Assembly: GCA_951406725.2 (NCBI GenBank)
Contig: OX597815.1
Location: forward strand, 59,768,001-59,832,000
DNA from: Octopus vulgaris
Taxonomy: Eukaryota
Reading direction: 5' to 3'
DNA length: 64,000 bases
Shown: positions 28,836-44,609 of the stretch, one piece after another
How the letters are laid out: every line of letters starts with the position of its first letter
Numbering within the stretch: position 1 is the first letter of the stretch
The notes under the pieces: model-generated
Seen by the model: the letters and a program-made list of their open reading frames with translations, nothing else
Told to the model about the DNA's origin: nothing
The model's database searches: none
Translations under genes and position numbers: made by a program

Positions 28836-28970
28836 TTTTACTTGTTCCAGTCAATACATGTATTTTAAAGCCTCTGGTACTTACTCTATCAGTCTCCTCT
28901 ACCGAAGCGCTAAGTTACTAGGACGTAAACACACCAACATCGGTGTCTTAAGCGGTGGTAGGGGACAAAC
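28836..28970 (-). mobile_element. SINE family A, 3' fragment
   Basis: CGCTAAGTTACTAGGACGTAAACACACCAACATCGG. Confidence 0.65.
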
Positions 28971-29409
28971 ACACACACACACATACACTCACATACACCC
29001 GCACAGACGCGCGCACACACACACACACACACGCACACACACTTCACATACACACACGCACACACACATAAGAATACTATATTGAGTTTTTCTTTTTTAT
29101 TGAAGCCAGGTATTTTGGAAAATATATCCTGGCAAACGTTTCGATATAGTATACTAACACTGCTACGACGACGACCACCACGACGACGACGACCACGACG
29201 ACCACCACCATCACCGCCCCTGCCGCTACAACAACAACATCTACTACTGCTGCTGCTACTACTACTACTACTACTACTACAACCCGTAATCATAAGAATA
29301 AAGTTTATGGAGCTGTTGATTATGAAGGCGATGACAGTTTTTTGCTGTGAGAGAAATAAAAAGGGAACAATAAGAAAATGCGGGCAGTAACTGTGAGGAT
29401 GATGATGAT

Positions 29410-29454
<45 letters not shown>

Positions 29455-29513
29455 CATGCGCACACATACATAATACATACATACATGCATACATACACAC
29501 ATATATACGTACT

Positions 29514-29552
<39 letters not shown>

Positions 29553-29557
<5 letters not shown>

Positions 29558-29890
29558 TAAATAAATAAATGGAGTTGAACGAAGATGTTAATAAAATTCC
29601 TTTACTTTCGACATATGTTTCGAAGACAACATAGTTTTATTCCAAAGGAATAAACGGTGTAAGATGCAATCTTCTCATCAGGAAAGAAAGGGAGATCTTC
29701 GTTCAACTCCATTTATTTATTTATTTATTCATATATAACACACAAATTTCTGAACATGAACCCGAAGTTTCTACCTTTGGATAGGTCGCTTCAACCGTGT
29801 TTCTGACGTGAATTTGATACCCTGGTATCGGTTCATCGAATTTTCCATGTTGACGGTAAACATAGGATAATTCATTCACCCATCGATATA

Positions 29891-29934
<44 letters not shown>

Positions 29935-29955
29935 GGTGAATGAATTATCCTATGC
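29553..29955. mobile_element. Inverted HHR-bearing element, same family as 4870-5499
   Basis: 29553-29586 is mirrored at 29696-29733 and 29862-29887 at 29928-29954; shares CGAAGTTTCTACCTTT and CCCTGGTA with the reverse complement of 4915-4985. Confidence 0.7.
29605..29686 (-). ncRNA. Type I hammerhead ribozyme, canonical core
   Basis: CTTTC-CTGATGA-GAAGA...TCTTC-GAAA-CATAT-GTC-GAAAG. Confidence 0.88.
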
Positions 29956-30387
29956 TGGAGACGATGATCTCCTGGGGCTAAAAGCTACAGTAACACCTAC
30001 CCTTTGTGGTTAGCCATGTTGAGATGGCTAGTATACTTTACATTGTCGAGCGGTCACTGTTTACATCTCGTTCAGAGATTTAATAATGCTTGCAGACAGT
30101 TTTTCGAAATCAGTGATGGAAGTTACACATATTTATTTGCATACAGGCTTTCCCTTTCATCGTAATTCGGTGATTACTGCCTGTTGACAAGAGGCAACAA
30201 CCTCGAAACTGCAGTCCGTGCGTATCACTTAGGCTTACGAGAAAGGGATGGCCTCCCTTTGCAAATACCATAAGGGCACAGATAGTGTGCCTAAAGCCAG
30301 CTGGAGGCGATGATCTCCTGGGGCTAAAAGCTACAGTAACACCCACCCTTTGTGGTTAGCCATATTGAGATAGCTATTATACTTTAC

Positions 30388-30390
<3 letters not shown>
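29956..30390 (+). repeat. ~345-bp unit with partial tandem second copy and a degenerate HHR-like motif (30181-30216)
   Basis: CTGGAG.CGATGATCTCCTGGGGC at 29956 and 30301; CTGTTGA-CAA-GAGG..CCTC-GAAA-CTGCA-GTC; stem I not evident. Confidence 0.55.
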
Positions 30391-30438
<48 letters not shown>

Positions 30439-30639
30439 CGATAGGACGCATGGCTTAATGCTTAGATGTGTTGCAAAGACATCTATGAATGTACCAGATG
30501 TGGCCCAGACTGCAAGATTGATGCAACATAATATGATGCATAACCTTCCACCCATAAGGCAAAGTTGCGGGATGGGTCAAAATAATCGTCGTACAAAATA
30601 CAGCTATACTAATTCCATCTTCTGTCTACTTAATCGATC

Positions 30640-30675
<36 letters not shown>

Positions 30676-30684
30676 AGTGTGTAT

Positions 30685-30731
<47 letters not shown>

Positions 30732-30927
30732 ATATTAATATTAGGGAAGTTATTTCCGAGTCCACAGGGGAGAGAAGTTCAATTTAGTGGTACTAAAATG
30801 AATTACTCACTGTATTATATATATACATTAAAATGCTTCCAAATAAAGAAGCGAGTGCTAGATACACACAAAGGGGATAAATTCATGAAATGGAATGAAA
30901 ATCAAAAACGTTTACCGACTCAGCTAA

Positions 30928-31000
30928 TCCTGTACTGCAGTTTCATCTTTTTTAGCAAATGAATGGAATTTATCTGCTAAGGCCAGAATCGTCAGCAGGA
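30928..31000 (-). ncRNA. Type I hammerhead ribozyme
   Basis: TCCTG-CTGACGA-TTC...(TTAGCAGAT/ATTTGCTAA)...GAT-GAAA-CTGCA-GTA-CAGGA. Confidence 0.78.
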
Positions 31001-31487
31001 AGCCTTTGTAATCCGAGCTGTACATATCGTTAGAAGCAACGTGCAAATCTAACGATCTATATACCCTAACTTTTCAGACCAGTGCGCAGACGCAAATCAT
31101 ACCCGACGAACATAGAGGATGCCGGTAAAAATTTACGAGCAAATTCATCGAGCCTTTTAATGTATTTATATATAAATAACGTATAGTCTAATGACTAATT
31201 CGTCTTTTGTGCTGGGTCACTGGTAATAATAATTTATTTTTATTACCCTATTTACCATGTTTAAATATTGCTCGATGAATTTGCTCGTAAATTTTTACCG
31301 GCATCCTCTCTGTCCGCCGGATATGATTTGCGTCTGCGCACTGGTCTGAAAAGTTAGGGTATATAGATCGTTAGATTTGCACGTTGCTTCTAACGAGATG
31401 TACAGCTCGGATTACAAAGGCTTCCTGCTGACGATTCTGGCCTTAGCAGATAAATTCCATTCATTTGCTAAAAAAGATGAAACTGCA
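30935..31487. repeat. Inverted repeat, ~218-bp arms
   Basis: 30935-31153 is the reverse complement of 31270-31487; the right arm holds an HHR cut off just before GTA. Confidence 0.9.
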
Positions 31488-31982
31488 ACAAAGAATAGCA
31501 AATCATGAAAGTTCATTTAGATATAGACAACTACTATGACTAAACCAACCGGAAGTCTGAATGTTCAATTTCTTCGGTTTTCTTCTTATTATTATTGTGA
31601 TTTTACACTTTAAGCAGCCAGGAAATAAACCGTAACATTGGATGGTAGTTTTTAGGAATACTTCTTAAAATGGACCATCGGAAGAAACCGGCACTTTATA
31701 TAGAGTAACGCGTTATCTGCCTGGATATTAATATCCCTCCGCTTACTATCTATATATCTCTTTTTCTATATGTATAGTACATTCACGTACACTTAAAGGG
31801 TCCTATAGGCATATATAGTTACATACGCATTTATGTGTGTATGCATGTTTAAATATATGTATGTACATATATGCATATATACATGTCAGTCTGTGTGCAT
31901 GTACTTATATGTATGTATGTATATATATATATATGTTTGTGAAAATGTATATATAGCACTCTCTCTGTTTCTCACTCTATAT
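31487..31982 (+). repeat. ~490-bp direct repeat, copy at 35727-36216
   Basis: ACAAAGAATAGCAAATCATG...CTGTTTCTCACTCTAT nearly identical in both places. Confidence 0.92.
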
Positions 31983-31985
31983 GTA

Positions 31986-32279
31986 GATAGGTTTAAGAGA
32001 CAGAATCCCCCTCAAGAGACAGAATCATCCCCAAGCAACTCAATCATCAATGAATGACATTATCCACAATAGGTACATATAGGACTAAATAACAAAATTA
32101 TTAAAATTAATACTTATAATTCTTATTCCTAATTATCAAAAGTAACATTAATTTTGATAATTTGGAATAAAGAATTGTAGGTATTAATTTTGATAATTTT
32201 ATTTATTCCTATATGTACCTATTGTGGATAATGTCATTCAATGATGATTGAGCTGCTTGAGGGTGATTCTGTCTCTTAA

Positions 32280-32290
<11 letters not shown>
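31986..32290. repeat. ~300-bp foldback palindrome abutting (TCTA)n
   Basis: TTTAAGAGACAGAATC...GATTCTGTCTCTTAAA, centred near 32145. Confidence 0.85.
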
Positions 32291-32377
<87 letters not shown>

Positions 32378-32676
32378 ATATATATATATGTATATATATG
32401 TATATATATATGTATATATATGTATATATATGTATATATATATATGTATATATATGTATATATATATATATGTATATGTATATATATATGTATACATATA
32501 TATGTATATGTATATATATATATGTATATATATATGTATATATATACATGTATATATATGTATATATATATGTATATATATATATGTATATATATATGCA
32601 AATATATATGTGTGTATATATATATATGTATATATATATGTGTGTATATATATATGTATATATATGTGTGTATATA

Positions 32677-32727
<51 letters not shown>

Positions 32728-32728
32728 G

Positions 32729-32786
<58 letters not shown>

Positions 32787-33068
32787 ATTAATTAATAAGG
32801 GTGAGAGAATTAGATACTAATTTAATAGTATATCTATTCTACACCAAGTGGCCTAGTGCTCCGAGAAACCTGGATTATTATATTATTTTACAATATATTA
32901 TAATATTTTTACAAAATAAATATAAGAGAGTGGTCACTATATGGCTCACTCTAGCACCAGTTAATCCAAAAGGTTTCAACCACAAAAATACATGCTTCCC
33001 ATGAAAGTTAGTACGATTGTTAGCTCACACGGACAGGGCAAATAAAAAATAACAAAATACAGATTATT

Positions 33069-33147
33069 TTGGGACAATTGTTTCGCTATTAATGAATTAA
33101 ATGTAATTTTACTTACAATTAAAATCCACTTGTAGCTCTTCAGCCAA
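33069..33147 (-). ncRNA. Type I hammerhead ribozyme
   Basis: TTTTGG-CTGAAGA-GCTA...TAGC-GAAA-CAATT-GTC-CCAAAA. Confidence 0.88.
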
Positions 33148-33603
33148 AACTATCTGGATGAAATCCACTCAATCACACGCCAGATTTTACCATAACGATA
33201 AATACGCGTGTGGTTCAATTGATTACATCCGACGTTATAATTCAAATGCCCCAACTAACAGCGCGCCAAACTTTCACGGAAAACAAATACAGCATTTAGA
33301 AATAAATGCAGCATAATTATAATTAATTAATAAGGGTGAGAGAATTAGATACTAATTTAATAGTATATCTATTCTACACCAAGTGGCCTAGTGCTCCGAG
33401 AAACCTGGATTATTATATTATTTTACAATATATTATAATATTTTTACAAAATAAATATAAGAGAGTGGTCACTATATGGCTCACTCTAGCACCAGTTAAT
33501 CCAAAAGGTTTCAACCACAAAAATACATGCTTCCCATGAAAGTTAGTACGATTGTTAGCTCACACGGACAGGGCAAATAAAAAATAACAAAATACAGATT
33601 ATT

Positions 33604-33682
33604 TTGGGACAATTGTTTCGCTATTAATGAATTAAATGTAATTTTACTTACAATTAAAATCCACTTGTAGCTCTTCAGCCAA
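33604..33682 (-). ncRNA. Type I hammerhead ribozyme
   Basis: Same motif as 33069, 535 bp away. Confidence 0.88.
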
Positions 33683-34096
33683 AACTATCTGGATGAAATC
33701 CACTCAATCACACGCCAGATTTTACCATAACGATAAATACGCGTGTGGTTCAATTGATTACATCCGACGTTATAATTCAAATGCCCCAACTAACAGCGCG
33801 CCAAACTTTCACGGAAAACAAATACAGCATTTAGAAATAAATGCAGCATAATTATAATTAATTAATAAGGGTGAGAGAATTAGATACTAATTTAATAGTA
33901 TATCTATTCTACACCAAGTGGCCTAGTGCTCCGAGAAACCTGGATTATTATATTATTTTACAATATATTATAATATTTTTACAAAATAAATATAAGAGAG
34001 TGGTCACTATATGGCTCACTCTCAATTGAACCACACGCGTATTTATCGTTATGGTAAAATCTGGCGTGTGATTGAGTGGATTTCATCCAGATAGTT

Positions 34097-34175
34097 TTGG
34101 CTGAAGAGCTACAAGTGGATTTTAATTGTAAGTAAAATTACATTTAATTCATTAATAGCGAAACAATTGTCCCAA
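34097..34175 (+). ncRNA. Type I hammerhead ribozyme
   Basis: TTGG-CTGAAGA(34101)...GAAA-CAATT-GTC(34169-34171)-CCAA. Confidence 0.88.
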
Positions 34176-34327
34176 AATAATCTGTATTTTGTTATTTTTT
34201 ATTTGCCCTGTCCGTGTGAGCTAACAATCGTACTAACTTTCATGGGAAGCATGTATTTTTGTGGTTGAAACCTTTTGGACTAACTGGTGCTAGAGTGAGC
34301 CATATAGTGACCACTCTCTTATATTTA

Positions 34328-34393
<66 letters not shown>

Positions 34394-34478
34394 GTATGTA
34401 TGCATACGTGTATGTTAATTCATACGCATTTTTCTTCTCCGTTGTTTTTGTTTCTGTCCGTTTTTTCCCTTCTCAATC

Positions 34479-34514
34479 CTTTCTGTTGAAGAGCATAGGC
34501 TTGAAACGTCAAAG
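34479..34514 (+). ncRNA. Minimal hammerhead (CTGTTGA core) in a solo PLE terminal repeat (~34410-34610)
   Basis: CTTT-CTGTTGA-A-GAGC.ATAG.GCTT-GAAA-C-GTC-AAAG; surrounding sequence resembles 19065-19250. Confidence 0.62.
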
Positions 34515-34617
34515 ACTTCCCCATTCTTCCCGAGCGTCAAACCAATATACCTGCTTGTTGTTCCTTCACATGTCTACGTCTTTCAGTTTTTGTAAGATTG
34601 AACTATATATTTAAATA

Positions 34618-35720
34618 CAGATTATTACAATTTAGGTCTAGAAAAAGCAGGGTATAGGAAAGAATTAAAATTTTGTAAAACTAATAATAGGGCGGATAAT
34701 CATAATACAACACAAACTAACTCAGGAATAAACGATCATAATGGAATGGTTAATTCTGACTGCAAAAATAGAGACAACAGAGATAAAGTTAAAGAGGATA
34801 GGAAAACTGTAGATAGGGATAAGGTAATTGAATATAACAAACGTATAAATAAAAAGTATGACTATAATAACGTGAGACGGATGCAAAACCACAAGAATAA
34901 TAATCTAATGAACAATGACAAAATGCAACATTTTAATAATAGAAAGAACTATAAAAACGACTTTAACACATGATCTAATTCAACAAATAATAATTATTAT
35001 ATTATTATTATTATTATAATAGGACAACCCCGCTAACCTAATACAAAATAAAGGTAAAAAGTTTACTCCAACCATAAACTTTAATTTCAATTTTAAGAAA
35101 TTATGCCAAAGATATAGACTGGATGATAATCCCCTTCGCTAAACAAGTTAAATTAAAGATACCGCGAATGTTCTACGAAGCACTAGATAAATTTTTCTGG
35201 CAACGAATAAATACCGTAATCTATCTAATAATGAAAAAAAATCAAAATTGCGTTTTTAAACTCTAGAAACTTAGCTAAAATTATAGCCGCCCACAACAGC
35301 ATACAATTTGTAAAAGCTCAAGGTGATAACATTAATAAAGTGAATAAAAATATAAACCAAATTAAAGATAATTGTAATAATACCAACTTCAAAAACAATA
35401 ATAAAATGATTAACACAAGCTCTAATGAAACCACCATTAAGAAAATAAATAAGATCAAAGGGAAACTAACTCAATTAAATAACTCCACAGATATTATAAG
35501 TAAAAGAAAGATACACATGACGACTAGAAAGAGCAGCAACTATTTTGAAAACAATAATAATAATTATAAAGATAATAAACAAAAATGAAAAAACAAGCAC
35601 AAACATTATAAAATCTAATGATGAAGACTTAGATTGCGCTAGATCACAAGGCAAATTGAAAAATAATTGTAGCAACAACAGACACAAATAAATATTACTA
35701 TATATGAGCTAGTTCATCGT
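34618..35720 (+). pseudogene. Decayed Penelope-like RT C-terminal region with Asn/Lys-rich expansions
   Basis: Manual translation gives YYNLGLEKAGYRKELKF, WMIIPFAKQVKLK...FYEALDKFF and KIAFLNSRNLAKIIAAHN, resembling PLE thumb/linker motifs. Confidence 0.55.
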
Positions 35721-36262
35721 TTATAAAACAAAGAATAGCAAATCATGAAAGTTCATTTAGATATAGACAACTACTATGTCTAAACCAAGCGGAAGTCTGA
35801 ATGTTCAATTTCTTCGGTTTTCTTCTTATTATTATTGTGATTTTACACTTTAAGCAGCCAGGAAATAAAACGTAACATTGGATGGTAGTTTTTAGGAATA
35901 CTTCTTAAAATGGACCATCGGAAGAAACCGGCACTTTATATAGAGTAACGCGTTATCTGCCTGGATATTAATATCCCTCCGCTTACTATCTATATATCTC
36001 TTTTTCTATATGTATAGTACATTCACGTACACTTAAAGGGTCCTATAGGCATATACAGTTACATACGCATTTATGTGTGTATGCATGTTTAAATATATGT
36101 ATGTACATATATGCATATATACATGTCAGTCTGTGTGCATGTACTTATATGTATGTATATATATATATATGTTTGTGAAAATGTATATATAGCACTCTCT
36201 CTGTTTCTCACTCTATCCACACAGACACACGCAAACACACTCTGAAAGTTGGAAGAATAAGA

Positions 36263-36319
<57 letters not shown>

Positions 36320-36855
36320 CAAAAGCTATAGACACGTGGGGTGTGAGAGGAAACAAAAAGAAAGTGTGATACAGAAATAAAACGTAAACACGTATGTGAT
36401 ATAAACAGAAAAGAGAAAATAACCGAGAAAAAATACACACATAGCAAAAATATTGTTGATGATGATGATAATATCGATGTTAGCACCAACAAGAACAACA
36501 ATAATATTTATGATGATGATGATGATAGTAGTAGTTGTAGTATTAGTATTAGTAGTAGTAGTAGCAGCAGTAGTAGTAAAATAAGGAAATGAAGGGAAAA
36601 AACCATGCTAGGAAATTAGATTAATGTCTGCTAAAACTAGGACTTCTGATTTTGCTATCGAATTTCTAGCATTAATGACTGCCTGGCAGCATCGTAGCTT
36701 CTCGTACAGCCAACCTTGTTTAGCACCTCATCCGACTGTGCTTCACCATTCCGTCGTCGCCAACACCATACTTCCCACCAATTTGTAGTCTGACAGTGGC
36801 TCGGCAAGAATATTTTCACCATTTATACACACACACACATGCACACGCACATACA

Positions 36856-36931
<76 letters not shown>

Positions 36932-37126
36932 CATATGCATACATATACATATGGTCATATGTATATATACATATGGTCATATGTATATATACATATAATA
37001 CATATAAGCAGTCGAGTCATACATTAATATGTAGGCATGTATCATCATCATCGTTTAACGTCCGCTGATGATGATGATGATACATACACACATACATAGC
37101 TACATACTAATGTATGACTGGACTGC

Positions 37127-37163
<37 letters not shown>

Positions 37164-37239
37164 ATATATATATATAAATTATATATATATATATATAAAT
37201 ATATATATAGGGATTTATATATGTATACAAATGTATGTC

Positions 37240-37563
<324 letters not shown>

Positions 37564-37567
37564 CATT

Positions 37568-37807
<240 letters not shown>

Positions 37808-37810
37808 TAT

Positions 37811-38227
37811 ATTCTCTCTTTTCTCTCTTTTACTTGTTTCAGTCATTTGACTGCGGCCATGCTGGAGCACCACCTTTAGTCGAGCAAATCAACCCCGGGA
37901 CTTATTCTTTGTAAGCCCAGTACTTATTCTATCGGTCTCTTTTGCCGAACCGCTAAGTGACGGGGACGTAAACACACACCAGCATCGGTTGTCAAGCAAT
38001 GCTAGTGGAACAAACACAGACACACAAACATATACACACACACTTATATATATATATACATATATACGACAGGCTTCTTTCAGTTTCCGTCTACCAAATC
38101 CACTCACAAGGCATTGGTCGGCCCGGGGCTATAGCAGAAGACACTTGCCGAAGATGCCACGCAGTGGGATTGAACCCAGAGCCATGTGGTTGGTTAGCAA
38201 GCTACTTACCACACAGCCACTCCTGCG

Positions 38228-38230
<3 letters not shown>
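37811..38230 (-). mobile_element. SINE family A, full length
   Basis: Close reverse complement of 12191-12598. Confidence 0.9.
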
Positions 38231-38272
<42 letters not shown>

Positions 38273-38377
38273 AGATAGGGGTTGAAAATTCAACCCACCA
38301 TGGGATAATATATATCCAATATACTGCTATGTTTCTCCATTCTCTAATTTTGTAGTTATATATATATATATATATAT

Positions 38378-41805
<3,428 letters not shown>

Positions 41806-41808
41806 TAT

Positions 41809-41983
<175 letters not shown>

Positions 41984-42028
41984 TATACATATACACATAT
42001 ATATACATATACATATATATATATATAC

Positions 42029-42096
<68 letters not shown>

Positions 42097-43823
42097 TTTA
42101 AGATATGATATTTCGAACATGGATCTTCATCAGAAAGCGGAAAGAGGAAAATGCCCGGAGAGAAGGAAAAGAATAGTCCGAGAAAAGCATGTGTGCCTTT
42201 ACGTGGCTGAAAAATAACTAACCAGAAGTGGAGAGAGATAGAGGAAGTGGTTTGTGAAGGCAGGAGAGTTTGAAAGTGACCAGTGTGTGGGTGTGGTAGT
42301 ATCTGCGTGCGTGTGTTTGTGTTTATGTGAATGATGTATGTGTGAGGAAGTGAAGCGAACAGGCTTGTAGCAGTAATTAGATATGGTGGTCAAGATGCGT
42401 GATGATGTGCGTTGTGTGTGTGTGTGAGTGCGTTAGCATTGCTGTGTGTGTAAGTATGTGCTTGTGTGTGCACGTGTGAGTGTGTGAGTGCGTGTGTATG
42501 GGTGTGTATGCATGTTTGCGTGTGCGTATGGGTGTGGGTGAAGAGTTTCTGTACATGTTAGGATATGGAAATGAGTGTGTGCGATAGATATATATGTTGG
42601 GGTGTCAGTTATATACATAGGTGTGTGGAAGATGAATTTAAAATAATTAAAAAAATTAGAAATTAGAAAGTTAAAAAAATTAAAATCAAAATAAACTTTT
42701 CTACTTTAGGCACAAGACTCGAAATGTTTGAGGAGGGGGGCCAGTCGATTAGATCGACTCCAGTACGCAATATTAAATAAGAATTAACTAAAAAAATTAA
42801 TTAAATTTAAAAAAATTAAAACTAAAATGTTAAGACATTAAAAATAAAAATTAATAATTAAACTAAATAATTAAATAAAGTAAAATGAAAAATGAAAAAT
42901 AAAGAAGTAAAAATTAAGACAATAATAAAAAAGGAAAATGAAGGTGAAAGTTGTTACAAGAAGGAGTGGGGTGTTAAGTCCAAACGGTGTATGAATTCTA
43001 AGAAAGACGTAGCGCTGTTCTTGGCGAATTCTAGTGATGGCGGTTCCATGGTACAAGTGAAGTCTTCGTTGGGGTGGTTGGGAGAGCAAAAATGACGGAT
43101 GACCAGGATACTTTTTATCCCGTAGATGTTCAGTAAATCCGTCGGCTAGACGACGGCCAGATGGACCAACATATAGAGAGTAGCAAATGGTGTATCTGAG
43201 GCAACAGATAATGTTGGAAGATATACAAGAGAAAGAGTCCCGGATATAAATAGTGTGCTAGCTGGTTCCAGTGAGGAAGGTGCTGTTGGTGATGAACGGA
43301 CAGGTGTGACAGTAGGGTTTGGAGCAAAAGAGGGACCTAGGATGGATGGGGAGTGGAGAGGGTTATGGATTAATTACTTACATAGTTTAGTGGCGTGTTT
43401 AGAGGGGAGAGGTGGGTTGGGGAAACCTTGAGGGTGGTAGGATCAGATTGGAGATGACGGAAGGCCCGTAGGATTTTCCGACGAAGGGGTAGGGTGATGG
43501 GTGGAAAAGGAGAGGAAAGGGGATACGTATGGGAGACGGGTGTGAGGAAGGAGTGAGGGCTGAGGTGTGATCAACTTGGCGGTCATGGATAAGGGCGGCC
43601 TGGACAAGGGTGGACAGATATGAGTGACGAGTGAACAGACAGGTCAAGTATTGAGACTGAGTTTCAGAATCCTGGTCGCGGCTGCATAAACGTTCGAGAT
43701 GGAGGAATTGGAAGTAGGGGATGGCTCGTTTGAAGTGGGAGGAGGGAGGAGGAAAATGTGATGTAGAGGTGAGAGTCAGTAGATTTGATGACGGCAGAAG
43801 CGGTGAGAGTGGGCGAGGGGATC

Positions 43824-43855
<32 letters not shown>

Positions 43856-44070
43856 TTCCAAAAAGTTGACAGAAGTGTCGGAGATGACAGAAGTGAGCTT
43901 AAGGGAAGGATGAAAGGTAGAAAAAAGAAATGAAGTCAAGGAGAGGGAGATAGCACCAATACAGTCGTCTATGTACTGACTGTATAGCTCTGGGGTCGAA
44001 CTGGAGAATTGTGAAAAGATTTGGGCCTCGACATAACCAACAAATATGTTGGCGAAGTTGGGGCCCATTT
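42097..44070 (-). mobile_element. Decayed Penelope-like element related to 13660, with degenerate HHR at 42105-42136
   Basis: MGPNFANIF...YIDDCIG...FHPSLKLTSVISDTSVNFL; EQRYVFLRIHTPFGLN; terminal CTGATGA-AGATCCATGTTC-GAAA-TATC. Confidence 0.8.
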
Positions 44071-44212
44071 TCCACTACTGTTTGTTTTAATTTCTCAAAG
44101 ATACGGTATAATGTTCTTTTTATTATGCTCATTTTTGTGATTGGGGTTGTTATATAATTAATGCAATATTTTACATACCAGAGAAGTGTTCATAAACTAC
44201 AAATAATCCTTA

Positions 44213-44430
44213 CTACTAAAGGCACAAGGCCTGAAATTTAGGTGGGCGGGGGAGAAGACTTATCGATTACATCCACCCCAGTTTTTCACTGGTACTTAAT
44301 TTATCGACCCTGAAAGGATGAAAATCAAAATCAACCTCGGTGGCATTTGAACTCAGAACGTAAAGACGGACGAAATGCCGCTAGGAATTTTGCCAGGCGT
44401 GCTAACGATTTTGCCAGCTCGACGCCTTAT
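44213..44430 (-). mobile_element. SINE family B (Meta-domain-like); fragment also at 42702-42770
   Basis: Minus strand: GAGTTCAAATGCC B box, then TTTTCATCCTTTCAGGGTCGATAAATTAAGTACCAG. Confidence 0.75.
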
Positions 44431-44609
44431 AAGCTACAAATAATAAGAGTAAAAATCGTGATTTAAAAATTACTTGTTTTTTTTTTGTCCTAAACTATTT
44501 CGTACACCGGGGTTTTTTAGAGTTTTTTTTTTTTTGGGGGGGGGTCTTTGTCCTAGAGGGGTTTTGTCCTACACTCCTTCTTTTAAGCACCATTTTCTTG
44601 CCGTCTTCT

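Larger units (their letters stand above)
32785..34327. mobile_element. Head-to-head tandem 535-bp HHR repeat, locus 2
   Basis: About 2.3 minus-strand units (32785-34022; identical ORF-track entries at 32801 and 33336) plus an inverted arm 34023-34327; (TA)n on both sides. Confidence 0.9.

Noticed and set aside
32801-33539. Duplicated 67-aa ORF
   Set aside because: Starts at GTG, is AT-rich, lies antisense to the HHR strand and is explained by the tandem unit.
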